A DNA stretch of 64,000 nucleotides, from positions 12,264,031-12,328,030 of the forward strand of contig BFEA01000001.1 in NCBI GenBank assembly GCA_003427395.1, in the 5' to 3' direction. Position 1 is the stretch's first letter. The number at the start of each line of letters is the position of its first letter. Source of the DNA: Chara braunii. Lineage: Eukaryota > Plantae > Charophyceae. The translations under genes were made by a program, and so were the position numbers. Below are positions 26,690-38,819 of the stretch, in pieces. The notes under the pieces are model-generated. The model worked only from the letters and a program-made list of their open reading frames with translations. It was not told where the DNA came from and did no database searches.

Positions 26690-27778
26690 TCTCCATGAAC
26701 TGTAACAACGACGGCTCGATCTGCAGTTCTGTCCTCTCTCTAGCGGAGGAACTGAAGAAATCGAGTTACCCGACTACAGTAGTCATCTCTGGCCTGAAGT
26801 GGATGTGCAGGCGTGACAAGAGACCCCTATGGATCATGCTGCAGAAAGTTGTTGAGTTACTGTACATGGGTAATCGGCGACAAAGAAGATGAGGTCCGCC
26901 TGCCTAGGCTATCCCTGTCAAGATTTGCGTTTTGACCCATTCTGAATACATGGTCGCAAGTAACATGCTGCTGTTCCCTCGGTTTTGCAGGAAAGCCCAG
27001 CAGGCTGAGTGCCTTTTGCGCGAATGAATCTGCATATCCTTTTGTTCATATATCATGTTTGTCCGTACCTGTATGTAACCTCCGTTTCAGAGGAATATAN
27101 NNNNNNNNNNNNNNNNNNNNNNNNNNNNNNNNNNNNNNNNNNNNTTTGCGCGAATGAATCTGCATATCCTTTTGTTCATATATCATGTTTGTCCGTACCT
27201 GTATGTAACCTCCGTTTCAGAGGAATATACAGGTATGGACTTGAAATTTTTCTCTATTTTCTACAAATTCAGTAGGTGCCATGGGATCTGGCGTGCCTTT
27301 GTGCGCGGATAAATCCGCTTATCCTTTTGAGTCTGGGTGGAGTCTGTACCTGTATGAAACCCCCTTGTCGTGGGATATACAGCTATGGACCATAATTTTC
27401 TCTAATTTTCATAAATTAGTGGGTAGAGGTACCAAGAGATCTGGCTAGTTGTACATGTATGTAACCTCCTTTCGTGGGAATATACAGGAGCTGACCGAAA
27501 ATTTTAGCTGTTTTAGAAAAGTAAGAAAAAGTGTCGGACCGAAAGCGGAGGGCGCGCACCGAAATGCTTGTGTAGGCTTAGCATAGAACGAAGTAGTATA
27601 TTATGATGAGTAGAGAAAAGTAAATCCTCAATCTGAGTGGCGTGATGAGTGAAAGGGTTGAGTTATCCTGACGGATGACGCCAGGGATGGTGAGAAGGAG
27701 ATAACGACGCCATGATATTAAAGCTCATGTTATCTTCTTCTTCTTTATTATTGTCATTTGTGTAACCTTTCTCTCTCA
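26690..27778 (+). repeat. Upstream pseudo-LTR (5'-truncated copy of the element 3' end)
   Basis: Encodes the same C-terminal peptide MNCNNDGSI..YMG(N/D)RRQRR as 32464-32661. Confidence 0.92.
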
Positions 27779-28372
27779 TGGACATCACCCTTAGTTTCAA
27801 CCCTGCCGTGGCTCGGTAACGAGACTAAGGTGCCGTTTTCACGTAGGTGAATCCGCGCTTACCCGTCGTGATTTATTTCCTTTGTTACCCATTTAGGTAA
27901 CTGCGTGCTAATCGCTATCGGTGTTTCCTTGCTTTCCCTTTATTTACTGCGATTTGGTTGTTATATCGCGATACTTTGCCACTGATAATTGCTCAATTTT
28001 ACCGAGCTTGTTGTATAGGTGTGTGTCCTTTTATTTTATTTGTATGAATGTCATCACGTACTAAGTAGATATATACCCCGGGAATCTGTTTTTTTTTAGT
28101 CTCGCTCCGCTACCCGCTTTCCTTCCTCCGGGAAATGGAGATCCGATTGTTCCTATGAGATTTACTGCGCTTGCTTCAATCACTTCGGAAGAACGCTGTT
28201 GCTACTTCGAACTCCTCGCCGGTTTTGGGGCTGGGTGCAGTCTTGCGTCACTTGTTTTCTTAGGCCTTATGTACGGGAAAGGGAGGAGAAATAAGGGTGG
28301 TACAGGACTAGGGAAGTGGTCGAACGACGAGCGTTACTGGATGACGGGAACACGAGTAATAGCTACGGCTAG

Positions 28373-29775
28373 AATGGCAGGCGGTCGGCGTATCCCGGGA
28401 CGAATTCGGCTCCGGCAGGAAACCCACCCCCACCCCCACCAGGGATTGCCCCGATCGCCCCTATTGCAACTTACGGAACTCCACACGCTCCTATGCCGGC
28501 GCAGGCTCCGACTGTACAGTACCAGGTTCCCCCCAGTCACTGGGGTGGACAACAATGGCAATGGCCCGGACTATGGGGCGCTTTGCAATCACCACCGGTG
28601 CAGGTGGTGCAACCCGCCCCTCCTCCTCTTACTATTCTAAGTCTCTCTGCTCCTCCTCCTCGTCCCCCTCCACCTCCACCTCCTACGCATGCTTCCAATC
28701 CGCCCGCGCAGCAAGGGCAAACCAGAAGTGGCCACGCTGGTGGCGGGAAAGGGTCTGCGGCAAACGCGTTCCCGGGACCAGGTAACCGTGCCTACTTCAC
28801 AAAGGAATATATGGACATTCTTGAGAATATCAAGATGAATAAGGCTCTTGAAGGTGCGAAGAAGAAGATTGCGGCTCCGAGACAGCGCCCCCTGAAGATC
28901 GTGGGGATCCCGGAAGAATCCAGTCGATCTGGATCAAGATCGACTGACAAGACCGATGAAATGAAGGCCTGGTGTCTTCTACTCTCAGCGATTCGCTCAG
29001 GTTGATAACGGCGAAGTTGGAAGAAGTGGATAAGAAGCCCAATATTTTCGCCGCTGAGAAAGCCCAGTTGGAGATGCTGTGGAAAGCGAAGGCCGCAGAG
29101 TCAGACGCAGGTGGGAACAAGGATGGGAGTAAAGATAAGGAAGCATCAAGCAGTGAGAAGAGGAAGAGAGCAGTGGCGCGCACCCCGCTGGAGAATTCAC
29201 CATCCGCTGCGCGTGCAAAGCGCCGATCACGTGGGAGTTCGAAGTCCCGACCGAAGAGGATCGAGATTTCATCAGATGAGGAGGCTGGCGGCAGCGTGAA
29301 ACAGAATCTCCAGCCTAAACTGGAGAACAACAGCGAATTGGCCGACATCAAGAGGATGCTGGTGGCGCTGATGCAAGGGATAGGCGACACGAAGGGTAAG
29401 GCGAAGGTGGTCGAACCAACTCCTCCTGAGCCTATTGTTACGGAGGCTGGGGCGAATGAAGATGTTGACCTCGCTCAGAACTCCACGCCTGCCGAGGAAG
29501 AAGAGGATGATGAGGGTGGCCTTGCTGCTTACATGAAGGTGCGTGGGGAGTATTACAGCTCGTTGCACTACACTAGAGTGCAGGAGGTATGCAAGGAGAA
29601 GGGGATTCAATACTTTCGTAAGGATATGGGGGTGTGGGAACTTGTCAGGCGCGATGTGCAAGAGTACGCAGATCTCCTCAAGGAAGGGAGAGTCGAGCCA
29701 TCGACGAAGAAAGGACCAGATGCTGCTGTTGATGAGTCATCTGCATCGGACTCTGACAATGTGAAGGGAAACTGA
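28373..29775 (+). pseudogene. PLE ORF1: Pro-rich N-terminus, coiled-coil/basic region, possible SAP/HeH-like C-terminal helix; frameshifted
   Basis: ORFs 28493-29005 and 28972-29775 join through a frameshift; YSSLHYTRVQEVCKEKGIQY motif. Confidence 0.7.
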
Positions 29776-32661
29776 ACCTATGCAGTTTGAGGTCGCTTGT
29801 TCGGCTGACCCGAAGAATCATACGGTTGAAACACGATGACTCCTGGAGACAAGTTTTAGACAGTATTCACCTTCTTATTATAGTCCTGGCATGTCTGCTC
29901 GATGCTATAGTATGGGGAAACGCCTACGTTGCGTACTGGTTACGAATGTCCCGTGCTGACTGGGATCGGTTACTTAACGCCAATTGCTGTGTTTATGTTG
30001 TTATGTCATTAACTCACAAATTGGTTTATGTGGGAAAGACAGTTCGTCCACTGCGAGAGCGCTGGGCAGAACACCGACGGTCGACCCGAGGGGATAGCAA
30101 ACAGCGAATCCACTCGTGGCTCCGAAAGGTCGGGGACGATCACTACGTTCCTATCCCGATCTGGTTCGAAAACACCTCGGCGATTGAAATGCTAGAATAG
30201 GCCGTCATCAAGGGTTGTAATCCCGGTCTAAATGCACGTGGCAAAAATAAACAGCGTCGTAGCAGGAAACCTCGTGGTAAACAGCGGAAAGGTAAAAAGG
30301 TAGGACTGTCCCCGTCAACTATTTATGAACCACTTTTGTTCACATGCTTTGACATTGATGTGCATTGCGAACCGGACTTACTTTGGATCTTGAAATCACT
30401 TGAGAAGAATAAGAAACGTCGTGGTATTCTGGTCCACAACAAAGCTGGGGCAAGATGGTAAAAAGCTTCGCGTCTTGTTGTGTTGCTATTTGGGTTTTCA
30501 AAAATAAGGATGAATGGGGACAATCTTCTACTAAAAGATGTGAAGGATCGTATTGAACAAGGGGTTGAATGGCTGATCGTCGAATTATTCCGCACTCGAA
30601 CAAAATTTGAATTGAAGAAAAGCGAGTTGATTGCCTTGCTCCGCGCCCCTTGGAAGAGGCGGGATTTGTATAAATGTGACTTGAATGAACATATTGAGCT
30701 CAACAATGCTGTAAAACTCATTAACCAGGAACGTAGTCGACAGATTGTCTGGGGCATACTTACCAATGTTTTTAAGAAGAAATTTGGTATTAATCCTCGT
30801 GTTAACATTACCGTAAAAATTTCATATTGCATGACTATTGATAAGGCATGTGTGGTCACGCAGCTAAGAAATTGGATTAGAAGCGAAGTGCTTCCTACGT
30901 CACTGGCTGACCTGTATGCTAAGAGAACCCGGACCGTGTGGCTCAAAGCAAAATCGGTCGGGGACCTCCTGCATAACCAGGGTCTTTGCACAAAAAAACA
31001 ATCTTGTGTGCGCTTGTGCGGACCTTGACTTGCCTTGTAGTAACGGGCACGTCGCAGTCAAGCTGAGTGAAGTAGATGATATCGATGCTTTCCTTTCGAA
31101 TGCTAAGAATATTCCCTTTCCTGGGAAGTTCGTTGTTAAAGATGGATTGAACATGGCTTGTAATGAAGCCTTAGGATGTTTGTGTAGGATGGGGATCGCT
31201 ATCCGTCCTTTTAGGATTGACTGTGTCACTGCTTGTAGACCTGGAATAAAAAAAACCGTTTGGGTGTGTCTTAGTGGAATACGTTCTGGGTGTGAAACAT
31301 GCGTTCTCCGGTCTAGTGATGTCTCCTCTGGATCGGAACTCGAACGAAACTTGGATTGAATATCCTTGGCGGTACGACGAAGGACTAAAAACAATGTTTT
31401 GCTGAATGAGAACTATGAGGTTGTGGATACTGACAAATGCAATTTGTTGCGCCATATGAGGGAAAAATACGTTGAATCTGGTTTCTCAGACATAGCAAAA
31501 TGAGACTCGAGCGGTGTCTTGCAGCATGCCTACATCATGGCAAAAGATAAAGACAAAGAAAGAAGAAGACCCATTGTCCCTTCTTTTTTGAGTCATTTTC
31601 GAACTGCTGCCAGTGTGCTTTCCCTGGGATTGAATGAACTGGTGCGTCGAGTTAAGGTTCCCCACTTTAACTTGAGGTCACTAAGCGGTGTTATGGAAGA
31701 AATTAACTCCGTGAATGAGAGTTGTCAGAAGAACTTGAAGCTCAAAGTCATAGCGCGTTCTTATGACATTAAGGAGATGTTTACACAACTCCCTCACGCC
31801 GACATACGGTGTGCTGTGGAATGGATTATTAGCCTCTTCTCTGAAAAGAACGTGAAATGGCTAAGGTTTAACCTACGGAAGAAACTTGTAACCTTTGGGA
31901 AATCACACGGAGAGGCAGGTTGGAAATCAATGAGGGTAAACCTGCTTGGGAAATTAACTAGCTTCCAGCTCGACAACACGTTCTTTCTTGTCGCCGATCG
32001 GGTACTGCGTCAGAAAAACGGGATCCCCATGGGAGGTCGTGCTAGCCCACCGCTTGCGTGTGTTATGTGCATGTGTGTCAAATATAAGTTCATCAAAAAC
32101 CTGGGTTCCGATGCTAACTTCATAAGGGGAAAACGATACATTGATGACTTGTTACTCCTGGCACAATGCGACACCAACGATCGTACTAGGATTGAAACAA
32201 AGTTGGATTCGATCGAGGACTGCTACCCTGATGGGTTGAAACTAGAACGCACCGACGCTGGGAACGGGATCCTCGATTTCTTGGAGACTCGTATTGTGGT
32301 TACTAATGCGTCACCAGCAGTAATGTTGTCACATAAGTTCAAAAACGCTAGGACGATATGGTCCGCATGAAATCTGCGACTGTGGACATACAAGGATTTT
32401 GATTCTTTTGGTCCAAAGGCGGCAAAATTTGCTATTGTCGCCAACACCATCCTACGGATCTCTATGAACTGTAACAACGATGGCTCGATTTGGAGTTTTG
32501 TCCTCTCTCTAGCGGAGGAACTGAAGAAATCGAGTTACCCGGCTAAAGTGGTCATCTCTGGCCTGAAGTGGATGTGCAGGCGTGCCAAGAGACCCCTATG
32601 GATCATGCTGCAGGAAGTTGTTGAGTTACTGTACATGGGTGACCGGCGACAAAGAAGATGA
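29766..32661 (+). pseudogene. PLE ORF2: GIY-YIG endonuclease, Cys/His linker and reverse transcriptase (several stops and frameshifts)
   Basis: CVYVVMSLTHKLVYVGKTVRPLRERWAEH; KSVGDLLHN..CACADL..GHV; KDKERRRPIV; SYDIKEMFT; QKNGIPMGGRASPPLA; RYIDDLL; DFLE. Confidence 0.93.
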
Positions 32662-34089
32662 GGTCCGCCTGCCTAGGCTATCCCTGTCAAGATTTGCGTT
32701 TTGGCCCATTCTGAATACATGACCGCAAGTAACATGTTGCTGTTCCCTCGATTTTGCAGGAAAGTCCAGCAGACTGAGTGCCTTTTGCGCGAATGAATCT
32801 GCATATCCTTTTGTTCATATATCATGTTTGTCCGTACCTGTATGTAACCTCCGTTTCAGAGGAATATACAGGTATGGATCTGAAAATTTTCTCTATTTTC
32901 TACAAATTCAGTAGGTGCTATGGGATCTGGCGCGCCTTTGCGCGTGGATAAATCCGCCTATCCTTTTGAGTCTGGGTGGAGTCTGTACCTGTATGAAACC
33001 CCCTTGTTGTGGGATATACAGGTATGGACCATGATTTTCTCTAATTTTTATAAATCAGTGGGTAGAGGTACCAAAGGATCTGGCCAGTTATACCTGTATG
33101 TAACCTCCTTTCGTGGGAATATACAGGAGCCGACCGAAAATTTTAGCTGTTTTAGAAAAGTAAGAAAAAGTGTCGGACCGAAAGCGGAGGGCGCGCACCG
33201 AAATGCTTCTGTAGGCTTAGCATAAAACGAAGTAGTATATTATGATGAGTAGAGAATAGTAAATCCTCAATCTGAGTGACGTGATGAGTGGAAGGGTTGA
33301 GTTATCATGGCGGACGACGCCAGGGATGGTGAGAAGGAGATGAGGACGCCATGATATTAAAGCTCATGTTATCTTCTTCTTCATCATTATTGCCATTTGT
33401 GTAATTTTTCTCTCTCACAGACCCTGGCATAATCTCCCCTATACTTCTGGATCGTCAGAACCGCCACCTGTCAAAATATAACCTATTTCCCTTAACTAGG
33501 AAAATTTCGGCATCGCTTCCCGTAGGAAAAGTGTCTTTCTTAAATTTATATCAGACTGAATATGAAACCAGAAGTAACCTTCAACGTTTCAAAGTCCAAT
33601 TTTGTCTAACTCCTTGATTTAACAAAAATTTGGGCAACACTCCCTTTAGAAAAGGAGATTTTTCAGATTTTTACTAAGTCATATATAAACTTTAGACAAG
33701 TTGAACTTTGACAAGTCAAAATTTGACTAACTCCTTGGATCTGCAGAAATTTCGGCAGCGCTTCCCGTAGAGAAAGTAGCTTACCAAAATTTATACAAAG
33801 CCAAGTATAACAAAAGATCCTAAAAAATGCAAAAATTGATCTAAATAAAATAAACTTAGCTCAGAAAAATGCAGAAATTGAACTAACTCTTATCGCTCTA
33901 GCACGCGGCGAACAACTAAAGTAACTACCTGCCAAACTGAAACTTAGACTAAGAAGTGATCTCACTCAGCCACATCCAATACCAGACCAAAAAGGTAAGT
34001 ACTCTCACCATCCCGGAGTATACCTGAATCAAACAATAGTTCATAGTCTTTCAATGATTTAGTCCTTTATACCCAACTTACATAATGTG

Positions 34090-34860
34090 TAAAGTCAGGT
34101 CATCCAATCTTATGGAACATGCCTAACTCAGCCATTGAGTATACACGAACAGGCTGAACAACTACTTATCGCTTTCGTTGGGCATGTGACTAAGTCATTC
34201 ATCTTAGAAACAATGCTTAGTCACCCTGAACTGTTTAAATAACCAAGTTGTATATACCTCTCTAAACTTAGTGTTCAAAAACTGGGCGTAGGACTGGGTC
34301 ATTCATCTTAGAAACAAAGTTCAACCTGCCCAAAGTTACCCTCAGTTATATTCTTAATTATAGTTTCTTCAAGTTTATGATAAGCTATAGTCAGACCACC
34401 CAATCTTATGGGACCCTGTCTGACCAGCCTGTTCTTAGACAGAGTAGTAATAAGATATAGCCAAATTATAACCTTTCGGGTTCCAGCATGTGCAAGGCTT
34501 TGGGCCAGACCATCCAATCTTATGAAACTTGTCTGGTCCTCTGCCAGGTTCGTTCTTCTCTGGTTCAGTTGTGTGTGGCATGAGTCCAAGGATATCCAAT
34601 CTTATGGAACATGCCTCGCCCCCAACCAAAGTTACTCCCTCGGAACAAAAGCAGGAAGAGGCTGGGCCATCCAATCTTATGGAATTTGCTAAGACCCCCT
34701 CGCTCAGAAACTAACGAAACAGAGTAAAACCCAATTAAACAAGGCAACCAAGCCATCCAATCTTATGGAACATGCTTGGCTCCTGAAAGTCAATCACAAT
34801 TAAACCCTTGCAAGTCAGAGCAATCAATTCGAAAAATAAATTATGGAACAGTGCCTGACC
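34090..34860 (+). repeat. Repeat-spacer array of 8-9 AUCUUA stem-loop motifs
   Basis: Cores at 34101, 34196, 34300, 34397, 34511, 34593, 34668, 34754 (degenerate ~34840), separated by dissimilar spacers. Confidence 0.8.
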
Positions 34861-36519
34861 CTATAAGATTCATTCAAACCTCAAACAAAACTGCCTTTCT
34901 CCCCCCTTTCCCCCTGATGCAATCCCTTTGTTACAATCTGCTTTCAGACAGACAAACAAAACTGAAACTGCCATTATACATACTTTCCTTTACTTAATCT
35001 GATTTGAGTCCTGAAAGTCAAACTAAAGTCAAAGTAGGGCTGCATACAATACACTCAGTCAGATACATAGAAAGATGTATACATAGGGGTTATACGGGGT
35101 TTATAAGGAAAAGCAATGATTACCTCTGAGTTCCCTGCCTCCAGAACTCCTCCTGAGTTCCGGCAGGGCTCCCGCAATCAGTGGGTGGACTCCTCACAGA
35201 GTCTTGGCGCGGATTACGGGTTGCAATCCCGCCTGCCGCCTTCCTCTCAGAACAGGACTAGACTTAGAATAAGAAAGGCAGAAGGAGAGAAGTTCAGACG
35301 CTCGGATCCAAGAAGGGTGCACTCAGACTCGCGTAAGAGGGCCTTGAATCCTTAACGTGCCTGAGGGCCTCGCAATGATGACCGAGTCGCAGCGAAGATG
35401 GTCAAACTGGAGTCGAATCGTCGACTGTCGACCTTCTGACGACTCTCCAAATCACTACAACATCTCCGCTGTTGACTTCCGGATGATCCTCCCATTCGCA
35501 GAAAGACCCCTCCTCCCAACGACTTAGCTTTTCCGCCCAGTTCGCCACCCAAGTGCTTTATCTATGGGTGACCTCGCACCCACGTGACTTGTCTTTAGCC
35601 ACTCTATGCCGCAGGACGAGCAGCACCTCGGCCAGTAGCTAAGCATGTACCTTCGCAATCGGTCTGCTGCTATCTCAGTCAATAGGATTGGTGTGTCAGT
35701 CGATGGTTAACGTTATAGCCTCGTTCCGCTTGTCAACCGCCCCCTTACTTGTCAACCAGGCAGATCACTCCAGCCAAAAGTCAAAGCTCCTTCTCTGTTT
35801 GTTCCTCGACTGCCGTGATGGCCACCCGTGGGGGGTTTCAATCGCTCCCCACCGCAATGCCGGTCACAGCAACCCATGCTCGCAGGCACCCCACGTCCAA
35901 CAAGGGGGGCGACAACACAGTCGCCGTCGACCCCTGCCCAGACGGGAGCGCACGACTTCCCCTCGTTCTCATTCGTGCCTCTCCCTCGTCTTCCTGCTGG
36001 TTCTTCCTCAACGCCCCTTGCTATTTCGGCCCCATGGCCGGATAGACACGTAAGGGCCAACAGGTAAGCTCACCGGTCCCCAGTTCTCGAACCTTGCTAG
36101 TTCGATCGATGGCACAAACAGTCCCCCAACTAACCAGCGAATCTCCTACCTTGTTACCGTCTTCTACTGCTTCGCCCGACTGAGTGGGCAGCCCCCTCGC
36201 CCAATCAAAGTGCAGCGGGTTGGCAGGGATCTCCTGCCATCACGTGCTGCCCAAATGGTAAGCTTGCCCCATTGCCACCAGCTTCGGTTCATCCCGTTTC
36301 GCCAGTTCGTCTTTTCGAGGTAAGTCCTCTCTCCCTCTCTCTCTGCACGTGCGCTTATTGCAAAAGGCCGTGCCTCACATGAATATGCACAAAGAAACAG
36401 AAAAATGAATCTAACGCGGAAAGATACATCTTTGCTTTCGAGCACCCCCCTTGCGCAGTCCGTTTTGTCTCTGCATGCACGTGGTGCGCCTTCCCGTCCG
36501 GGTTCGGACCCCTCTTCGT

Positions 36520-36920
36520 TACCCCTTCGCGCAGTGACTTCCTCTACTAACACCTCCTTCGTTAACTTTTGTCCTAAACTAACCGTGGAATCAAGATCGC
36601 CCTAATCTAAAACACTAGAAATGAAATCTCACTCGCCCGTTTCTATCGGGAAACGGGCGCAAAACCACCTCTTCTTCTTTCTTCTACCATAGCCCAGCGC
36701 ACTGACTTCCTCAACTAACTCTAATCCTACTGACTCATTCCTAAAACTAAAGCTACTATCACGCTCGCCCGGCCAACAACCCTCAGTTTAGAACCTCTGC
36801 TCGCCCGTTTTCATCAAGAAACGGGCGAGTTTCACAACCTGCACTCCCGCCATAGTCGCTTCTCCCGATACCTCCGCGCACTGACTTTTTCGACTAACAC
36901 TTATCCTACTAATCTACTGC
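36520..36920. repeat. Three ~170-bp degenerate units with the hairpin ctcgcccgtttc..gaaacgggcg; homologous to rc 52820-53060
   Basis: gcgcastgactt..actaac occurs three times; two strong hairpins at ~36632 and ~36800. Confidence 0.7.
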
Positions 36921-38099
36921 CAGATCTAACCACGGATTCTGATTCGCTGGCCTCTAAAACCCCAACTTCGACCTCCCCCTCGTCCGATTCCTTGGAGAAT
37001 CTCGTATACTATCCCTTTTTTCGTTGCGCCCTGCCTACTTCCTTCATAGCCTCCCTCCGAACGAATCCGGCGCAGAAACGCGCCCGGATTCATCCGTTTT
37101 TCTGATCCCTCCTCCAAGCTGCTCCGGTGCTGGTCGTCACTCTGCTAGCGCCTGCGTCCGACAGCACGCTGCCTGTCTCTCCCGTTGCTGCTAGTGCAGC
37201 CCAGCCGGTCGCAGCAGCCCCACAACACCCAGCGCCTGGCCACACTACGGCCTGTCTCCCTTGCTACCCCGCACCCCGCCCTTTCCTACTGCGCAAGTAC
37301 CCAGCGTCGAATGCTGTCTAGGTTCATTCGCCCTCCTCCGAGCCTTCGCCTCCCCGCTCGTCCTCTGCAGCGCTGTCACCCCGCCCACTATCGCTCAGCG
37401 ATGCCCGTCGGCCCTGTCTCAGCGTTCCGCCCGTTACTACGCAGCACCGCCCCTTCAGCCCCATTGCCTATCTACTTCTGCCCGCGGCTGCCTGGTGCGC
37501 TATCCCCTTCAGCCCCATTGCCTATCTACTTCTGCCCGCGGCTGCCTGGTGCGCTATCTACTCCATCCGCGGCAGCCCGGTATTACCCGGACGGACCCAC
37601 GCCCGTTACTCACTGGTGCCCATAGGGGGAGGGGACCGGGGAGCAGGCACAGTGACTGGCCCATCGAAACAGCCTGGCCCTGATGCCTACCGGTTGGCAC
37701 CTGGCCGGCACCGCCCATCTGCCGTAGCAGGCACCGCTCTTGCCGATGGTCGCAGTGCCCGCATGGCTCCTTATTGGAGGCTCGGGCACGAGCGTGGCTG
37801 CTAAGGGCTCCTTCTGAATACCACATATCCCACTCGGACCCTGGCCGCGCCGTGGTCCTCAGCCACGGTGTGATGGAGGACCTTTACCCGCACCCCGAAC
37901 ACGCGAACCCGTTGAACGGGGCCCACGCTCAAGGTCCCTGACTGCCGTGGCGGCCGCTAAGTCCGACGTCGCCTCCAAGTCAACGGCATGCCGGAACATA
38001 AAATAAAATTTAATCAATCTAGAAAAAAATGTCGTCGTCGGAAAACGACAAACGATTAAGAAAGACCGCTAGTACCGTTCTGACGCCGCCATCGGCAGA

Positions 38100-38722
38100 A
38101 CCAAGGGGAATAAACCCCACCGGGCCCTCAACCCCTCGCCCCGCCCGCGCCACTTTGACCCCTGCGTCGTCGCTCGCTCAACCTCGATCCCTAAATCTCC
38201 TTGACGAAAGTCTAGTACTGCAACCAATAGCGCTAGGCCCACGGCTGAGTCTAACTTTGGCGGACACCTAAATAAACGGACACTGCGCAACGCGCCAATC
38301 TACCGGAACGTTTTAACCCTGCACATCGGCCTATCGACCGAACCGTCGACCGCCAACCTCCACGCCCACCGCGCAACTATACCGAATCATGCCGTCGTCG
38401 ACGTCGTCCCCTGCATGCATGCGCTAGCCATAGGTAAGTGCATTAGCCAACGAGACATAATCTTTTTAATCCCTATTTAATCAGGAGAAGAGTTCCGCCC
38501 GGCGATCACGCCGACTCTTCGGTCATCAACAAAAAGATCACGAGCGCCTTAAATCCGCACGCCCACACACTCTTTATTCTAGTCAACCACCAAGCCGTCG
38601 TAAGCCACAGACGACGACGCACCTCGCGCGGAATACTTAAATTTTAAACCAAGCCTATTTTCTGTCGCATGCAAAAACCAGGGCGGATACCCTTGTAAGG
38701 GTATTCGCGCCGACACAGGTCT
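38100..38722 (-). repeat. Module c (variant of a) plus tRNA-like stem-loop; inverted homolog of 51481-51930
   Basis: aaaaaccagggcggatacccttgtaagggtattcgcgccgaca is the exact reverse complement of 51486-51528. Confidence 0.8.
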
Positions 38723-38819
38723 TATAATGTTTTTGCTATGATTTAGAACAATGAAGATCATGCAAATAATAATTATGAATTTCAAATATGTCATGCATAT
38801 ATTAACTTTATCAATTTAC

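Larger units (their letters stand above)
26644..33421 (+). mobile_element. Penelope-like retroelement with N-terminal GIY-YIG (Chlamys/Naiad-type domain order), partial-tandem pLTR structure and 14-bp TSD
   Basis: 26690-27778 repeats 32460-33418; TSD ccctgacataatct (26630-26643) / ccctggcataatct (33422-33435); GIY-YIG and PLE-type RT motifs. Confidence 0.93.

Noticed and set aside
27014-27228. Tandem duplication around the N gap in the pLTR
   Set aside because: Overlap of contig ends; the downstream copy has a single unit
27600-27700. Hammerhead-like words (tgatgag..gaaa) in the pLTR
   Set aside because: Core lacks C3, no convincing stems I and III, and the 33.3 kb copy reads tgatgagtggaa
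35600-37830. Many overlapping GC-rich ORFs
   Set aside because: No motifs and ORFs on both strands; expected from GC content
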